A stretch of 62,736 nt of DNA, counting the filler, from an uncultured Thermoplasmatales archaeon (GTDB lineage Archaea > Thermoplasmatota > E2 > DHVEG-1), in assembly GCA_964517155.1 (NCBI GenBank). It is 3 parts of 3 records of this genome, joined end to end, with 100 filler letters (N's around TTAATTAATTAA, not from the genome) between each part and the next. Parts side by side here need not be neighbours in the genome. Positions count along the whole stretch, not along the records: positions 40,707 to 62,736 come from CAZFAZ010000028.1; 2 more parts are not named here. One strand, written 5' to 3'. The position numbers and the translations under genes are program-made. The stretch's first letter is position 1, and every line of letters starts with the position of its first letter. Below are positions 40,607 through 49,545 of this stretch, one piece after another. The notes beneath the pieces were generated by a model, which worked only from the letters and a program-made list of their open reading frames with translations, was not told the origin of the DNA and did not search any database.

Positions 40607-40706
40607 NNNNNNNNNNNNNNNNNNNNNNNNNNNNNNNNNNNNNNNNNNNNTTAATTAATTAANNNNNNNNNNNNNNNNNNNNNNNNNNNNNNNNNNNNNN
40701 NNNNNN
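40607..40706. other. Artificial contig linker
   Basis: N44-TTAATTAATTAA-N44. Confidence 0.97.
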
Positions 40707-40783
40707 AAGAACATATTTTGCATCCCATCCTAAATGAAGGATGGAAACGATGTTCTTCTATCTGTAATTTATGGATGATTTAG

Positions 40784-40972
40784 AAAAAGTGCAAAAGTCT
40801 TGTTACTACAATATTTTATTGGAGGTTTTATAAAAAAAAGATAAAAAAGTATGAAGCACCAATACAAAAAAATCTTAATATTTGCTGTAAAAACTGCGGT
40901 CGGTTGATTGATTCAAACTATAAACTATGTCCATATTGCGGTAAAACTATAAATGATAAAAAAGATGATTAG
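40784..40972 (+). pseudogene. Zinc-ribbon-encoding frame with no canonical start upstream of the motif (gene remnant or frameshifted 3' end)
   Basis: Frame reads ..CKNCGRLIDSNYKLCPYCGKTINDKKDD* after an in-frame TAG. Confidence 0.4.
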
Positions 40973-41091
40973 AATTAAATATTAATACCATTTACGAAAT
41001 TTTTGTTTCACTTTATTAAATAACTATTTTATCTTAAAATATCTGTAAAAATTATTTATGATTTTGAATAGTAACTCTCAAAAACCAAAAA

Positions 41092-41136
41092 ATTATAAAT
41101 ATTATAAAGATTATAATTATTATAGATATTATAAAT
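41092..41136 (+). repeat. Five tandem 9-bp ATTATAnnn units in the toxin-antitoxin promoter
   Basis: ATTATAAAT ATTATAAAG ATTATAATT ATTATAGAT ATTATAAAT directly before the GGTGA SD. Confidence 0.75.
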
Positions 41137-41147
41137 TTGGTGATTTT

Positions 41148-41333
41148 ATGACAAATACAACCATTGCTATAACACAAGAAACAAAAAATGCACTGCTTAA
41201 ATTAGGCTCAAAAGGCGAAACATATGACTCAATTATAAAAAAATTAATAAAACGATTCGCCTGGAAAAAATTAGATGAACAATGGAATGAAATACTAGAA
41301 CATGATGAGTTTATCTCTCTTGATGAGCTGTGA
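41148..41333 (+). CDS. Putative antitoxin (RHH-like)
   Basis: TTIAITQETK..LG.KGETYDSIIKKLI, acidic FISLDEL tail; GGTGA SD. Confidence 0.75.
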   Translation: MTNTTIAITQETKNALLKLGSKGETYDSIIKKLIKRFAWKKLDEQWNEILEHDEFISLDEL

Positions 41334-41337
41334 ATAA

Positions 41338-41613
41338 ATGCTATATACATTGCTTGTATCTAAGACATTTCAAAAAAAATTCAACCAACTTGAAAAAAAC
41401 ACGCAAAACTCGATAAAAAACACATTAAAGGAACTTAAGATTGATCCTTTTTCATCCAGGCCAAAATGTGATATAAAATTACTTAAAGATACACAGACCG
41501 AAAAATATCGCTTAAGAATTGGCGATTATAGGATTATTTATCTGATTGAATCTGAAACTGTAAAGATAATTGACTTATTGAAAAGGGAAATCGGATACAG
41601 CAGATTAGAATAA
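41338..41613 (+). CDS. RelE/ParE family toxin
   Basis: DIKLLK..YRLRIGDYRIIY..KR..Y. Confidence 0.88.
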   Translation: MLYTLLVSKTFQKKFNQLEKNTQNSIKNTLKELKIDPFSSRPKCDIKLLKDTQTEKYRLRIGDYRIIYLIESETVKIIDLLKREIGYSRLE

Positions 41614-41718
41614 AAAATACTTAATGATATCTAACAGTAATCTTCAAAAACCAATATACTATAGTATAATACAATAATTTCGCTCAAAGCAAGCGAGAAA
41701 CAAAGTGGTTAGGTTTTA

Positions 41719-43908
41719 ATGAAAATAATCTTTAAGGGAATTGTTCAAGGGGTAGGTTTTAGACCAACTATTTTTAGGATAGCTCAGAGTATGAATCTAA
41801 AAGGCTACGTTTTAAACAAAGGTTCTGAAGTAGAAGTAGTAATAGATAAAAATGAAGAAAAATTCATAGAAGAACTAAAAAAACAGCTTCCAGCTATTGC
41901 AAAAATTACAGAAATTAAAAAAATTTCTGATACACGTATTTTTAATGATTTTAAAATTTTACATAGTAAAAAAGGCTCTAGGCATTCTCAAATTCCTGCA
42001 GATGTTGGAATATGCGATAGTTGTCTTAAAGAGCTTTTTGATAAAAAAAATAAACGTTATGGTTTTGCGTTTACCAATTGTACAGTTTGCGGTGCGCGTT
42101 ATAGTTTAATCAAAGATGTACCTTATGATCGCAATCGTACTTCAATGAATGATTTTAAATTATGTAAAAGTTGTCAGGAAGAATACAAAAATCCACTTGA
42201 TAAAAGATATCATGCGCAGACTATTTCTTGTCCAAAGTGTGGTCCTGTTTATACTTTGTATAACAATGAGAAAAAAAACCTTGGAAACAATGATGCGATT
42301 AAACGTTTTGCAGAAAAACTTGATGCTGGTAAAATCGGCGTTATCAAATCTTGGGGGGGTATGCATTTATGCTGCAGTTTAAAAGAAGTTTTGCGTTTTC
42401 GCAAATGGTATAACCGCTCTCAGAAAGCATTTGCAGTTATGGTAAAAGATTTTAAAACCGCAGAAAAATATGCAGAAATCACAAGTTCTGAAGAAAAACT
42501 TTTAAAATCCAATGCTCGCCCTATTGTTCTTGTTAAAAAGAAAAAACTAGAAAGTGTATCGCCCGGGCTTGACACTGTTGGTTTGTTTCTGCCTTATACT
42601 GGCCTTCATCATTTACTTTTTAGTTTTTTAAAATCAGATGCACTTGTTATGACTTCGGCAAATGTGCCTGGTGAGGCGATGATTACTAGTGATGATGAGG
42701 CTTTTTTAATTAATGCAGATTGTTATTTATTGCATAATCGTAAGATTCCTAATCGTGTTGATGATTCAGTTGTTAGAATCTGGAATAATAATTATTTTTT
42801 TCTTCGTAAATCTCGTGGTTTTGTCCCCGATCCATTGTCTGTTAGTTATGATGATCATATTTTAAGTGTTGGTGCTGGTGAGAATATTTGTGGTGCTTTT
42901 TCTTCTGATAAAAATGTTTTTGCAACGCAATACATTGGCAACTCAAAGTATTATTCAACAGTTGTTTTTCTAGAAGAAGCACTTCGTCATTTGATGAGTC
43001 TTACTATGAAAAAACCTGGTATTGATGCTGTTGTAATGGATATGCATCCTGGTTATGAGACAAGACATGTCGCTAAAAATTTTTCAGATGAATATAATGT
43101 TTCTTTGTTTGAAGTGCAGCATCATTGGGCTCATGCTGCAAGTCTTTTAGTTGATAATAAATTAAGCGAGGCTGTTGTTTTAACACTTGACGGCCTTGGT
43201 TATGGCTCTGACGGTAATTTCTGGGGCGGGGAAGTATTGTATTCTAATTTTGAAGAATTTAAAAGAATTGGGCATCTTGAAAATATACCTCTTCTCGGCG
43301 GTGATGCAGCAACACATGATCCTCGTAGGCTTGTTTATGCTATTTTTAAGAAGTTTGGAAAAGAAATGTTTTTCAAAGGAAATGAAGCGTTAATTCTTTC
43401 AAAGATTATGAATAACTCACCAGTTTCTAGTAGTATGGGGCGTGTACTTGATGCTTTATCATGTTACTTAGGTATTTGTTGTACTCGTACTTATGATGGT
43501 GAGCCTGCGATGAAACTAGAAAAATACTTAGCATTGGGTAATCCTAAGTATTCTTTTGATGTAAGTATTAAAAATGGTGTTGTTGGAACAGTTGATGTTT
43601 TCAGACAACTTGATGAAAAAATAAAAAAATCTTTATCTGAAAAAGAAAAAGCAGAGTATGCGTATTCATTTGTTAAAGCAATTACAGATAAACTAACAGA
43701 TACTGCAGTTGATTATGCACAAAATAAAGATGTTAAATATATTGGCCTTTCTGGGGGAGTTTCTTACAATATTCCTCTCACTGAAATGGTTGCCGAAAAA
43801 GTTAAAAAATCAGGTTTAGAATTAGTTGTGCACAATAATGTTGCTAATGGTGATGGTGGTATCGCTATTGGTCAGAATGCAATTATTGGTAATAAAATTA
43901 TGAAATAG
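41719..43908 (+). CDS. hypF: [NiFe]-hydrogenase maturation carbamoyltransferase
   Basis: GIVQGVGFRP, two CxxC-x18-CxxC zinc fingers, VMTSAN, QHHWAH, DGLGYG, GDGGIAIGQ. Confidence 0.96.
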   Translation: MKIIFKGIVQGVGFRPTIFRIAQSMNLKGYVLNKGSEVEVVIDKNEEKFIEELKKQLPAIAKITEIKKISDTRIFNDFKILHSKKGSRHSQIPADVGICDSCLKELFDKKNKRYGFAFTNCTVCGARYSLIKDVPYDRNRTSMNDFKLCKSCQEEYKNPLDKRYHAQTISCPKCGPVYTLYNNEKKNLGNNDAIKRFAEKLDAGKIGVIKSWGGMHLCCSLKEVLRFRKWYNRSQKAFAVMVKDFKTAEKYAEITSSEEKLLKSNARPIVLVKKKKLESVSPGLDTVGLFLPYTGLHHLLFSFLKSDALVMTSANVPGEAMITSDDEAFLINADCYLLHNRKIPNRVDDSVVRIWNNNYFFLRKSRGFVPDPLSVSYDDHILSVGAGENICGAFSSDKNVFATQYIGNSKYYSTVVFLEEALRHLMSLTMKKPGIDAVVMDMHPGYETRHVAKNFSDEYNVSLFEVQHHWAHAASLLVDNKLSEAVVLTLDGLGYGSDGNFWGGEVLYSNFEEFKRIGHLENIPLLGGDAATHDPRRLVYAIFKKFGKEMFFKGNEALILSKIMNNSPVSSSMGRVLDALSCYLGICCTRTYDGEPAMKLEKYLALGNPKYSFDVSIKNGVVGTVDVFRQLDEKIKKSLSEKEKAEYAYSFVKAITDKLTDTAVDYAQNKDVKYIGLSGGVSYNIPLTEMVAEKVKKSGLELVVHNNVANGDGGIAIGQNAIIGNKIMK

Positions 43909-43942
43909 TTTTTATTTACGAAAAACTTATCAGTTGATCGTT

Positions 43943-44188
43943 ATGGGAAAACACAAAGATTTAGCAGGAATACTTTTGCTTGTAATAATTGGTATGTTCA
44001 TACCTTTCCTGGGTTCAATTGCAATAACTTATGGTTTTAATTTTACTCAGATAGATAATTGGTTAAAAATTAGTTCAACTTTTGGATATTTTCTTTTAAT
44101 TTTTGCATTTGAGATGTTTGTTGTTTATCTATATTTTACGTTATCAAATAAATTTGCTGAAAAAAAAATTGGTAAATATAAACCATAA
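43943..44188 (+). CDS. Small two-TM membrane protein
   Basis: Two hydrophobic segments and a basic tail. Confidence 0.6.
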   Translation: MGKHKDLAGILLLVIIGMFIPFLGSIAITYGFNFTQIDNWLKISSTFGYFLLIFAFEMFVVYLYFTLSNKFAEKKIGKYKP

Positions 44189-44208
44189 CAAAACAAGATA
44201 AATAGTTT

Positions 44209-45033
44209 TTACTCTTTGTTGTTTTTATATAGTTTTTCTGCTTTGTCTGCAGATATAGTTATTCCTTTTATCATAGCTGAGCTAAAGCCTTGGTGCTCCA
44301 TTTCATTCAAACCTGCAATTGTGCATCCTTCAGGTGTTGTAACTTTATCTATTTCCATTTCAGGATGATTATCCATGTTTAGAACCAATGCTGCCGCACC
44401 TTTTGCTGTTTGTGCAGCCATTGGAATTGCTTCATAGGAATGAAAACCTATTTCTATTCCACCTTGTGATGCAGCCCGTATCGCCCTTAAAAAAAACGCT
44501 ATTCCACATGCGCCTAGTGCTGTTGCTGGTACCATTTTTTCTTCTGATATAATAAATGTTTTTCCAACGTAATCAAAGATTTTTTTTGCATATTGTATTG
44601 TTTCATTTGATGCTGTATCTGATGCTATACATGTCATTGATTCTCTGATTGCAGATGCTATATTTGGCATCGCGCGTACTACTTGAACTTGTTTTTTTAT
44701 AAGTCTTAATATTTCACTTGTTGTGACTCCTGATACTACAGATATTATTATATGTTTTTTTGGGTTTAAATCTGAGTTTATTTTTTGCAAGAGTTCTTTT
44801 ATTTGCTGTGGCGGTACTGCAATTATTATAATTTCTGATTTTTTTACTGCTTCACAGTTATCATCTGAAATAATGCATCCTTTTTTTTCAAAGGCAGATA
44901 ATAGTTTTGTTTTCCTGCGTGTTAGTATTATTTGTTCTGGTTTTATCATTGATGAAAGAATAAAACCTTTTGCAATTGCGCTACCAATGTTTCCAGTACC
45001 AAGTATTGCAAGATTTTGATTAAATATCTCCAA
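44209..45033 (-). CDS. proC: Pyrroline-5-carboxylate reductase
   Basis: ILGTGNIG, VRAMPN, VTTPEGCTIAGL. Confidence 0.92.
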   Translation of the reverse strand: MEIFNQNLAILGTGNIGSAIAKGFILSSMIKPEQIILTRRKTKLLSAFEKKGCIISDDNCEAVKKSEIIIIAVPPQQIKELLQKINSDLNPKKHIIISVVSGVTTSEILRLIKKQVQVVRAMPNIASAIRESMTCIASDTASNETIQYAKKIFDYVGKTFIISEEKMVPATALGACGIAFFLRAIRAASQGGIEIGFHSYEAIPMAAQTAKGAAALVLNMDNHPEMEIDKVTTPEGCTIAGLNEMEHQGFSSAMIKGITISADKAEKLYKNNKE

Positions 45034-45147
45034 ACAGACCACCTTTTATTAAAAAATATTAAGCTATAGTTAGTATTTAAAAAATGTTATTTCTTTTTCA
45101 ATTTTAATTGCAAAGGTTTTATAGGTTTAATCATTGCAGGTTCTTTG

Positions 45148-45933
45148 ATGTTTGAAGTATTATTTGAAATAGTTCTTCCTTTTGTCCTTTCAGCATTAAT
45201 TGTTATTTTAATTACCATTATTGCAGAAAAATATGGTACAAAAGTTGGAGGAATAATCGGTACTCTTCCAACAACGATTATCATTGCATATGTTTTTATT
45301 GCACTTAACCAGGGTGTTAAGTTTGCATCCGATTCAGTTGCAGTAGTTCCGGCTGAGATGGGTGTTAACCTTGTTTTTATTTGTGTATTTGCAGTTCTTG
45401 CTTATCGATCTATTTTTGTTGCACTTATTGGCTCTTTTTCAATTTGGGCTGTTCTTTCAGGTATTCTTTTGTTTTTAAACATGAATTATATCTATTTATC
45501 TTTAGTAATTTTTATAGTTTCTATGATTTTTACTTTTTTTGTTCTTGAGAAAAAATTTAAGATAAAATCACAAGGTAAAAAAATTGTACATTATACACCT
45601 TTGAAAATTTTATTACGCGGGGTTTTAACAGGTACAATTATTACTACATCTGTTTTATTGTCTAATTTTGGTGAGGTTCTCAGCGGTATTTTCACGGTTT
45701 TTCCTGCTATTTTTTCTTCTACTATGATTATTACTGTAAAAGAACATGGTCCTGATTTTTCTGCAGGTATTGCAAAATCTATGATTTTTGGTAGCACTAG
45801 TGTTATGATTTATGCTGCAAGTATTCATTTTTTGTATCCTGTTTATGGTATTTTTTGGGGTAGTATCTTTGCATTTTTAATTTCTTTAGTTGTAACTATT
45901 GTAATTCTTATGTTAAGAAAAAAAATTAGTTAA
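45148..45933 (+). CDS. Multi-pass membrane protein with internal duplication (DUF3147-like)
   Basis: Two halves EKYG..GGIIGTLP and NFG..SGIFTVFP; about 8 TM segments. Confidence 0.65.
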   Translation: MFEVLFEIVLPFVLSALIVILITIIAEKYGTKVGGIIGTLPTTIIIAYVFIALNQGVKFASDSVAVVPAEMGVNLVFICVFAVLAYRSIFVALIGSFSIWAVLSGILLFLNMNYIYLSLVIFIVSMIFTFFVLEKKFKIKSQGKKIVHYTPLKILLRGVLTGTIITTSVLLSNFGEVLSGIFTVFPAIFSSTMIITVKEHGPDFSAGIAKSMIFGSTSVMIYAASIHFLYPVYGIFWGSIFAFLISLVVTIVILMLRKKIS

Positions 45934-45963
45934 TAGTTTAAGCTAAAACAATTAATTTTTTTA

Positions 45964-45999
45964 AAAACAGCTTACCTCATTATATTATATGTTGGCGAA
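45964..45999. repeat. 36-bp direct repeat, copy 1
   Basis: AAAACAGCTTACCTCATTATATTATATGTTGGCGAA, identical to 47410-47445. Confidence 0.92.
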
Positions 46000-46031
46000 C
46001 TTTTAAAAAAATAAAAAGAAAGTGTTTTTTA

Positions 46032-47306
46032 TTAAGAGGGGTTTGTTATTTTTCCCATAAATAAAATTGCACCTGTTTCTTTCTGTTGTATTAAGAATAT
46101 GAATGGATGATCAGCGATAAAGGTGGTTGGTTCTAAAATTGCTGTGAGCTCCATTATTATAGCTGTTGCTGCTGCAGCTTCAGTTCCTTCTTCATTTACT
46201 TCTACATATGCTTTATGAAGGACTTTGCTTATGAATAAATTGTTTGTCCCGTCCATTCCTGAGAAATCAGCTACATACGGAGTGAAAGCATCGGTCATTC
46301 CCATATCTGATAGTATGTTGTTTAATGTGTATTCTGTTTCTAATTTGAATTTTGGAATATTTAGTGTATCTATTTTTGTCTGAGTAAAAGCATTTTTCCA
46401 GTCTACAAGATTTACTGCAATAAGTTCTTTTTCTGCAAGTGTTATATTGTTTTCTTTTGGAAGAAGTAGAATCATCGATGTATCGTTTCCCTGATAATCA
46501 AGTTCTAATATTTTTAAATCATCTGTTTCTGTATAGTTGAATTTTTTATCTTCACCAGTGTAACTCATCATATCAACTGTAACTTTCTCAAAAGTATCTG
46601 TTTCAAAATCTGCTTTATATGTATCTTCTGGGTTGAATTGTTTTTCCCATAGGCCTTTAAAATATATCGCGTTTGTAAGTACTAGTTTTGTTGCAGCAGA
46701 TAACATATCTGGTTTTATCATATCTTTTATTTTATCTTTGGTTTGTTCTTCTATCCAAGTGTTAATTATTTCTGCTGCTTCTGTATTTTTTGAAAAATCT
46801 AGTTCGTTTGCTTCTGCAATATAATAACTGGTTAGAAGTGTTATATAGTCATCTAAAAACTTGTAGTCTTCATTTGCCCAAAAAGCATTTGCAGTGTTTA
46901 TTGTGTATCCTTTTTTGTTTTGGTTAAGTAGGTTATATAGTCTTCCAAAAGATGATTCTGTAACTGAATCGTTTTGTAAGATATTTAAAATATCTTTCAT
47001 TTGAGTAGCAGTATTTGCTTTTGAGCCTTCATATGCCATAGATAGTGCAGTAAATATGCTGTATGGTGAGTAAAATACATTTGATTTTTCATCTTTTATT
47101 ATTTCATTATAGAATTCAAATGAAAAATCATTTAGTGACTCTACTAGTGATTGAACACTTTTGGTTGTTGCATATGTATCTTTTGCAACTTTTTTTTCAT
47201 ATTCTTTCATATCTGAACCATCTGGTGGGCTGTATAATACTCCTACAAAAACTGCGCCTATAAGTATTGCTATAACTCCAACTGGTAAAATATTTTTTTT
47301 ATTCAT
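46032..47306 (-). CDS. Serpin (serine protease inhibitor) with N-terminal membrane anchor/signal
   Basis: NVFYSPYSI, LTNAIYFKGLW, IPKFKLE, hinge NEEGTEAAAAT, FIADHPFIFLI. Confidence 0.95.
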   Translation of the reverse strand: MNKKNILPVGVIAILIGAVFVGVLYSPPDGSDMKEYEKKVAKDTYATTKSVQSLVESLNDFSFEFYNEIIKDEKSNVFYSPYSIFTALSMAYEGSKANTATQMKDILNILQNDSVTESSFGRLYNLLNQNKKGYTINTANAFWANEDYKFLDDYITLLTSYYIAEANELDFSKNTEAAEIINTWIEEQTKDKIKDMIKPDMLSAATKLVLTNAIYFKGLWEKQFNPEDTYKADFETDTFEKVTVDMMSYTGEDKKFNYTETDDLKILELDYQGNDTSMILLLPKENNITLAEKELIAVNLVDWKNAFTQTKIDTLNIPKFKLETEYTLNNILSDMGMTDAFTPYVADFSGMDGTNNLFISKVLHKAYVEVNEEGTEAAAATAIIMELTAILEPTTFIADHPFIFLIQQKETGAILFMGKITNPS

Positions 47307-47409
47307 ATTTTTCACCTAAATTCCTTATAGTCGTTATAAGTATTTAAAAGCCTGGAAAATGTTTGGAAAAAACCAAACAAAGCATACGCTAAAAAGTTAA
47401 TAATTTTAT

Positions 47410-47445
47410 AAAACAGCTTACCTCATTATATTATATGTTGGCGAA
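47410..47445. repeat. 36-bp direct repeat, copy 2
   Basis: Identical to 45964-45999; a partial inverted copy TTCGCCAATATATAA lies at 48037-48051. Confidence 0.92.
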
Positions 47446-47448
47446 TGC

Positions 47449-48003
47449 TTAGTTCTTCTGTAGATAATCCCAATTTTTATAATTAGCAGTTCTTGTTTTT
47501 TCAATGTTTTTATTGCCGTTTCCACCACTGCTTAATCTATCAACTAGTATTCCTTCGATATCACGAACAATTATTTCTGTTTCATCTTCTGAGTAATCTG
47601 TTGTAAAGATCTTTCCATTTTTATAAACTAGTCCTTGTTCTGAGTTATAAACAGGTTTTTTCTCATATTGCAGTTCTGTATCAAAGTCCATTATATCTTC
47701 TAGTGTTTTTAGTTGATACGCATCTTCTGCCATGCCAATCATTGTTCTAAATACACGTATTTTTTTAGGATCAGATTCGTTGCTTATCTGATTTTTAATA
47801 TTTGATATAACTGCGGGTATATCATGCTGTTTTAGATTTAATAGTATATTTTTCCAAAACCAGTTATATGTTTTACTAGCTCTTGCGTTAATGTGCTCTG
47901 GAGGTTTATCTGGCCATAAAATAACCCTGCCTTTTAGAATACGATGTTTTTTACGCCAATCGTTTCTAATCTGGTCTAGCTCTTTTTTTTTGTTTTTGGT
48001 TAT
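47449..48003 (-). CDS. Orphan hypothetical protein, probably 184 aa with an ATA start (ORF track shows only the last 97 aa)
   Basis: Frame is open for 87 codons upstream of ATG 47742 to an ATA 4 nt after GGTGA; TATA-like box at 48044-48051. Confidence 0.55.
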   Translation of the reverse strand: MTKNKKKELDQIRNDWRKKHRILKGRVILWPDKPPEHINARASKTYNWFWKNILLNLKQHDIPAVISNIKNQISNESDPKKIRVFRTMIGMAEDAYQLKTLEDIMDFDTELQYEKKPVYNSEQGLVYKNGKIFTTDYSEDETEIIVRDIEGILVDRLSSGGNGNKNIEKTRTANYKNWDYLQKN

Positions 48004-48111
48004 TTTTTCACCTTCTTCTCCATAATATATATTTATTTCGCCAATATATAAAAATGTTACTAATATTTCATCGTCTATTATCGTAATGTACTTACTGATT
48101 TAAAAAATGTC

Positions 48112-49191
48112 TTATTTTTCTGAATAACGATATTCAATATTGCAACTTCCTTCAGCACTTACCATACAAGGTCCAACAGGTGTTTCAGGAGTACATGCCT
48201 GACCAAAAAGTGGGCAGTCAAAAGGTGTTACAAGACCACGCAAAAGCTCGCCGCATAGACATCCCTCAGGTTCATGTAATTCTTTGTTTTCTAAATCAAT
48301 AAGTGCATCTTCAAATTTAACTGCTGCATCAAAAAATTCAAACTTTTTCTTAAGTTTCAAACCAGATTTAGCAATTACTGGAAAACCACGCCATTTCATA
48401 TCACAAGGCTCAAAAACTTCTTTTAAAATTTTTTGGGCTTTAACATTTCCAGTAGAATGAACAGCTCGTTTGTATTCATTTTCAACAAATACTTTTCCTT
48501 GTTTGATTTGTTTTACAAGCATCCAACACCCCATAAGAATATCAATAGGTTCAAAACCCGCGATAACCTGTGCAACACCATAATCTTTAGATATAAACTC
48601 ATAAGGTTTACTGCCGATAATTGTTGAAACATGACCTGGCTCAATCAACCCATCAATTTTTAGCTCACCCATGTCAAGAATTGCTTTAAGTGCATAAGGC
48701 ATAGTTCGATGGCAGCAAAGTATGCTAAAATTTTTAGGGGGATTACTAAGAATTGTTGCAGCAGTAGCAGGAGCGGTTGTTTCAAAACCAACTGCCATAA
48801 AAACAACGTCTTTAGAAGGATTTTCAACTGCAATTTTTACAGCATCTTCAATTCCATAAACAGTTCTAACATCACATCCTTGCGATTTTAAACTACGAAG
48901 CGATTCACGCTCCCCAGGAACATTCATCATATCTCCAAAACTTGTAACAATTGCGCCATTTCGTGCAAGAAGAAGCATTTTTTCTATTTCCAAAGGTGTG
49001 GTGACACAAACCGGGCAACCTGGTCCCTGACCAATACTTATGCCACAAGTTTTCAAAAGACTATCAAGACCATGCTTGACAAGAGTATCCTGATGAGTTC
49101 CGCATACATGCATAAATTTTGCTTTGATTTTTTCTTTTTTAATATTTGAAACAATATCCTGAGCAAGTTTTTTATCACGAAGGGAAAACAT
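48112..49191 (-). CDS. hypD: Hydrogenase maturation protein HypD
   Basis: MHVCGTH, GPGCPVC, GFETTAP, PGHVS, CPLFG..PVGPCMVS.EG.C. Confidence 0.96.
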   Translation of the reverse strand: MFSLRDKKLAQDIVSNIKKEKIKAKFMHVCGTHQDTLVKHGLDSLLKTCGISIGQGPGCPVCVTTPLEIEKMLLLARNGAIVTSFGDMMNVPGERESLRSLKSQGCDVRTVYGIEDAVKIAVENPSKDVVFMAVGFETTAPATAATILSNPPKNFSILCCHRTMPYALKAILDMGELKIDGLIEPGHVSTIIGSKPYEFISKDYGVAQVIAGFEPIDILMGCWMLVKQIKQGKVFVENEYKRAVHSTGNVKAQKILKEVFEPCDMKWRGFPVIAKSGLKLKKKFEFFDAAVKFEDALIDLENKELHEPEGCLCGELLRGLVTPFDCPLFGQACTPETPVGPCMVSAEGSCNIEYRYSEK

Positions 49192-49193
49192 TT

Positions 49194-49424
49194 TTATTTT
49201 CCCTCCATTGAAAGCATTTCTCCGAAAAGAGCAAGAGTCTCCTTTGCCTCTTTTTCGTTTAAAACCTCTATTGCAAAACCTGCATGAACAAGAACGAAAT
49301 CTCCAATTTTTACATCAACTAACGAAATATTTGCCTTGCGTCGGGTTCCTTCTCCATAATCAACCATTGCATGGTTTTTATCTGAATCAATTTTTATTAT
49401 TTTACCAGGGATTGCAAGACACAT
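49194..49424 (-). CDS. hypC: Hydrogenase chaperone HypC
   Basis: MCLAIPG, VLVHAGFAI. Confidence 0.96.
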   Translation of the reverse strand: MCLAIPGKIIKIDSDKNHAMVDYGEGTRRKANISLVDVKIGDFVLVHAGFAIEVLNEKEAKETLALFGEMLSMEGK

Positions 49425-49545
49425 AAAACAGTGCTTATACAATCATATAATTTAAAACTATGCCAAGATATAATAGAAATAGCTAAATAGAACAATATAT
49501 TTTAGACCCCCAAATATCTTAATTTGATTTAAAGGTTGGAATTAT

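Noticed and set aside
41058..41147. N-terminal extension of the antitoxin (NYKYYKDYNYYRYYK)
   Set aside because: It is the translation of the 9-bp promoter repeats; the SD points to ATG 41148
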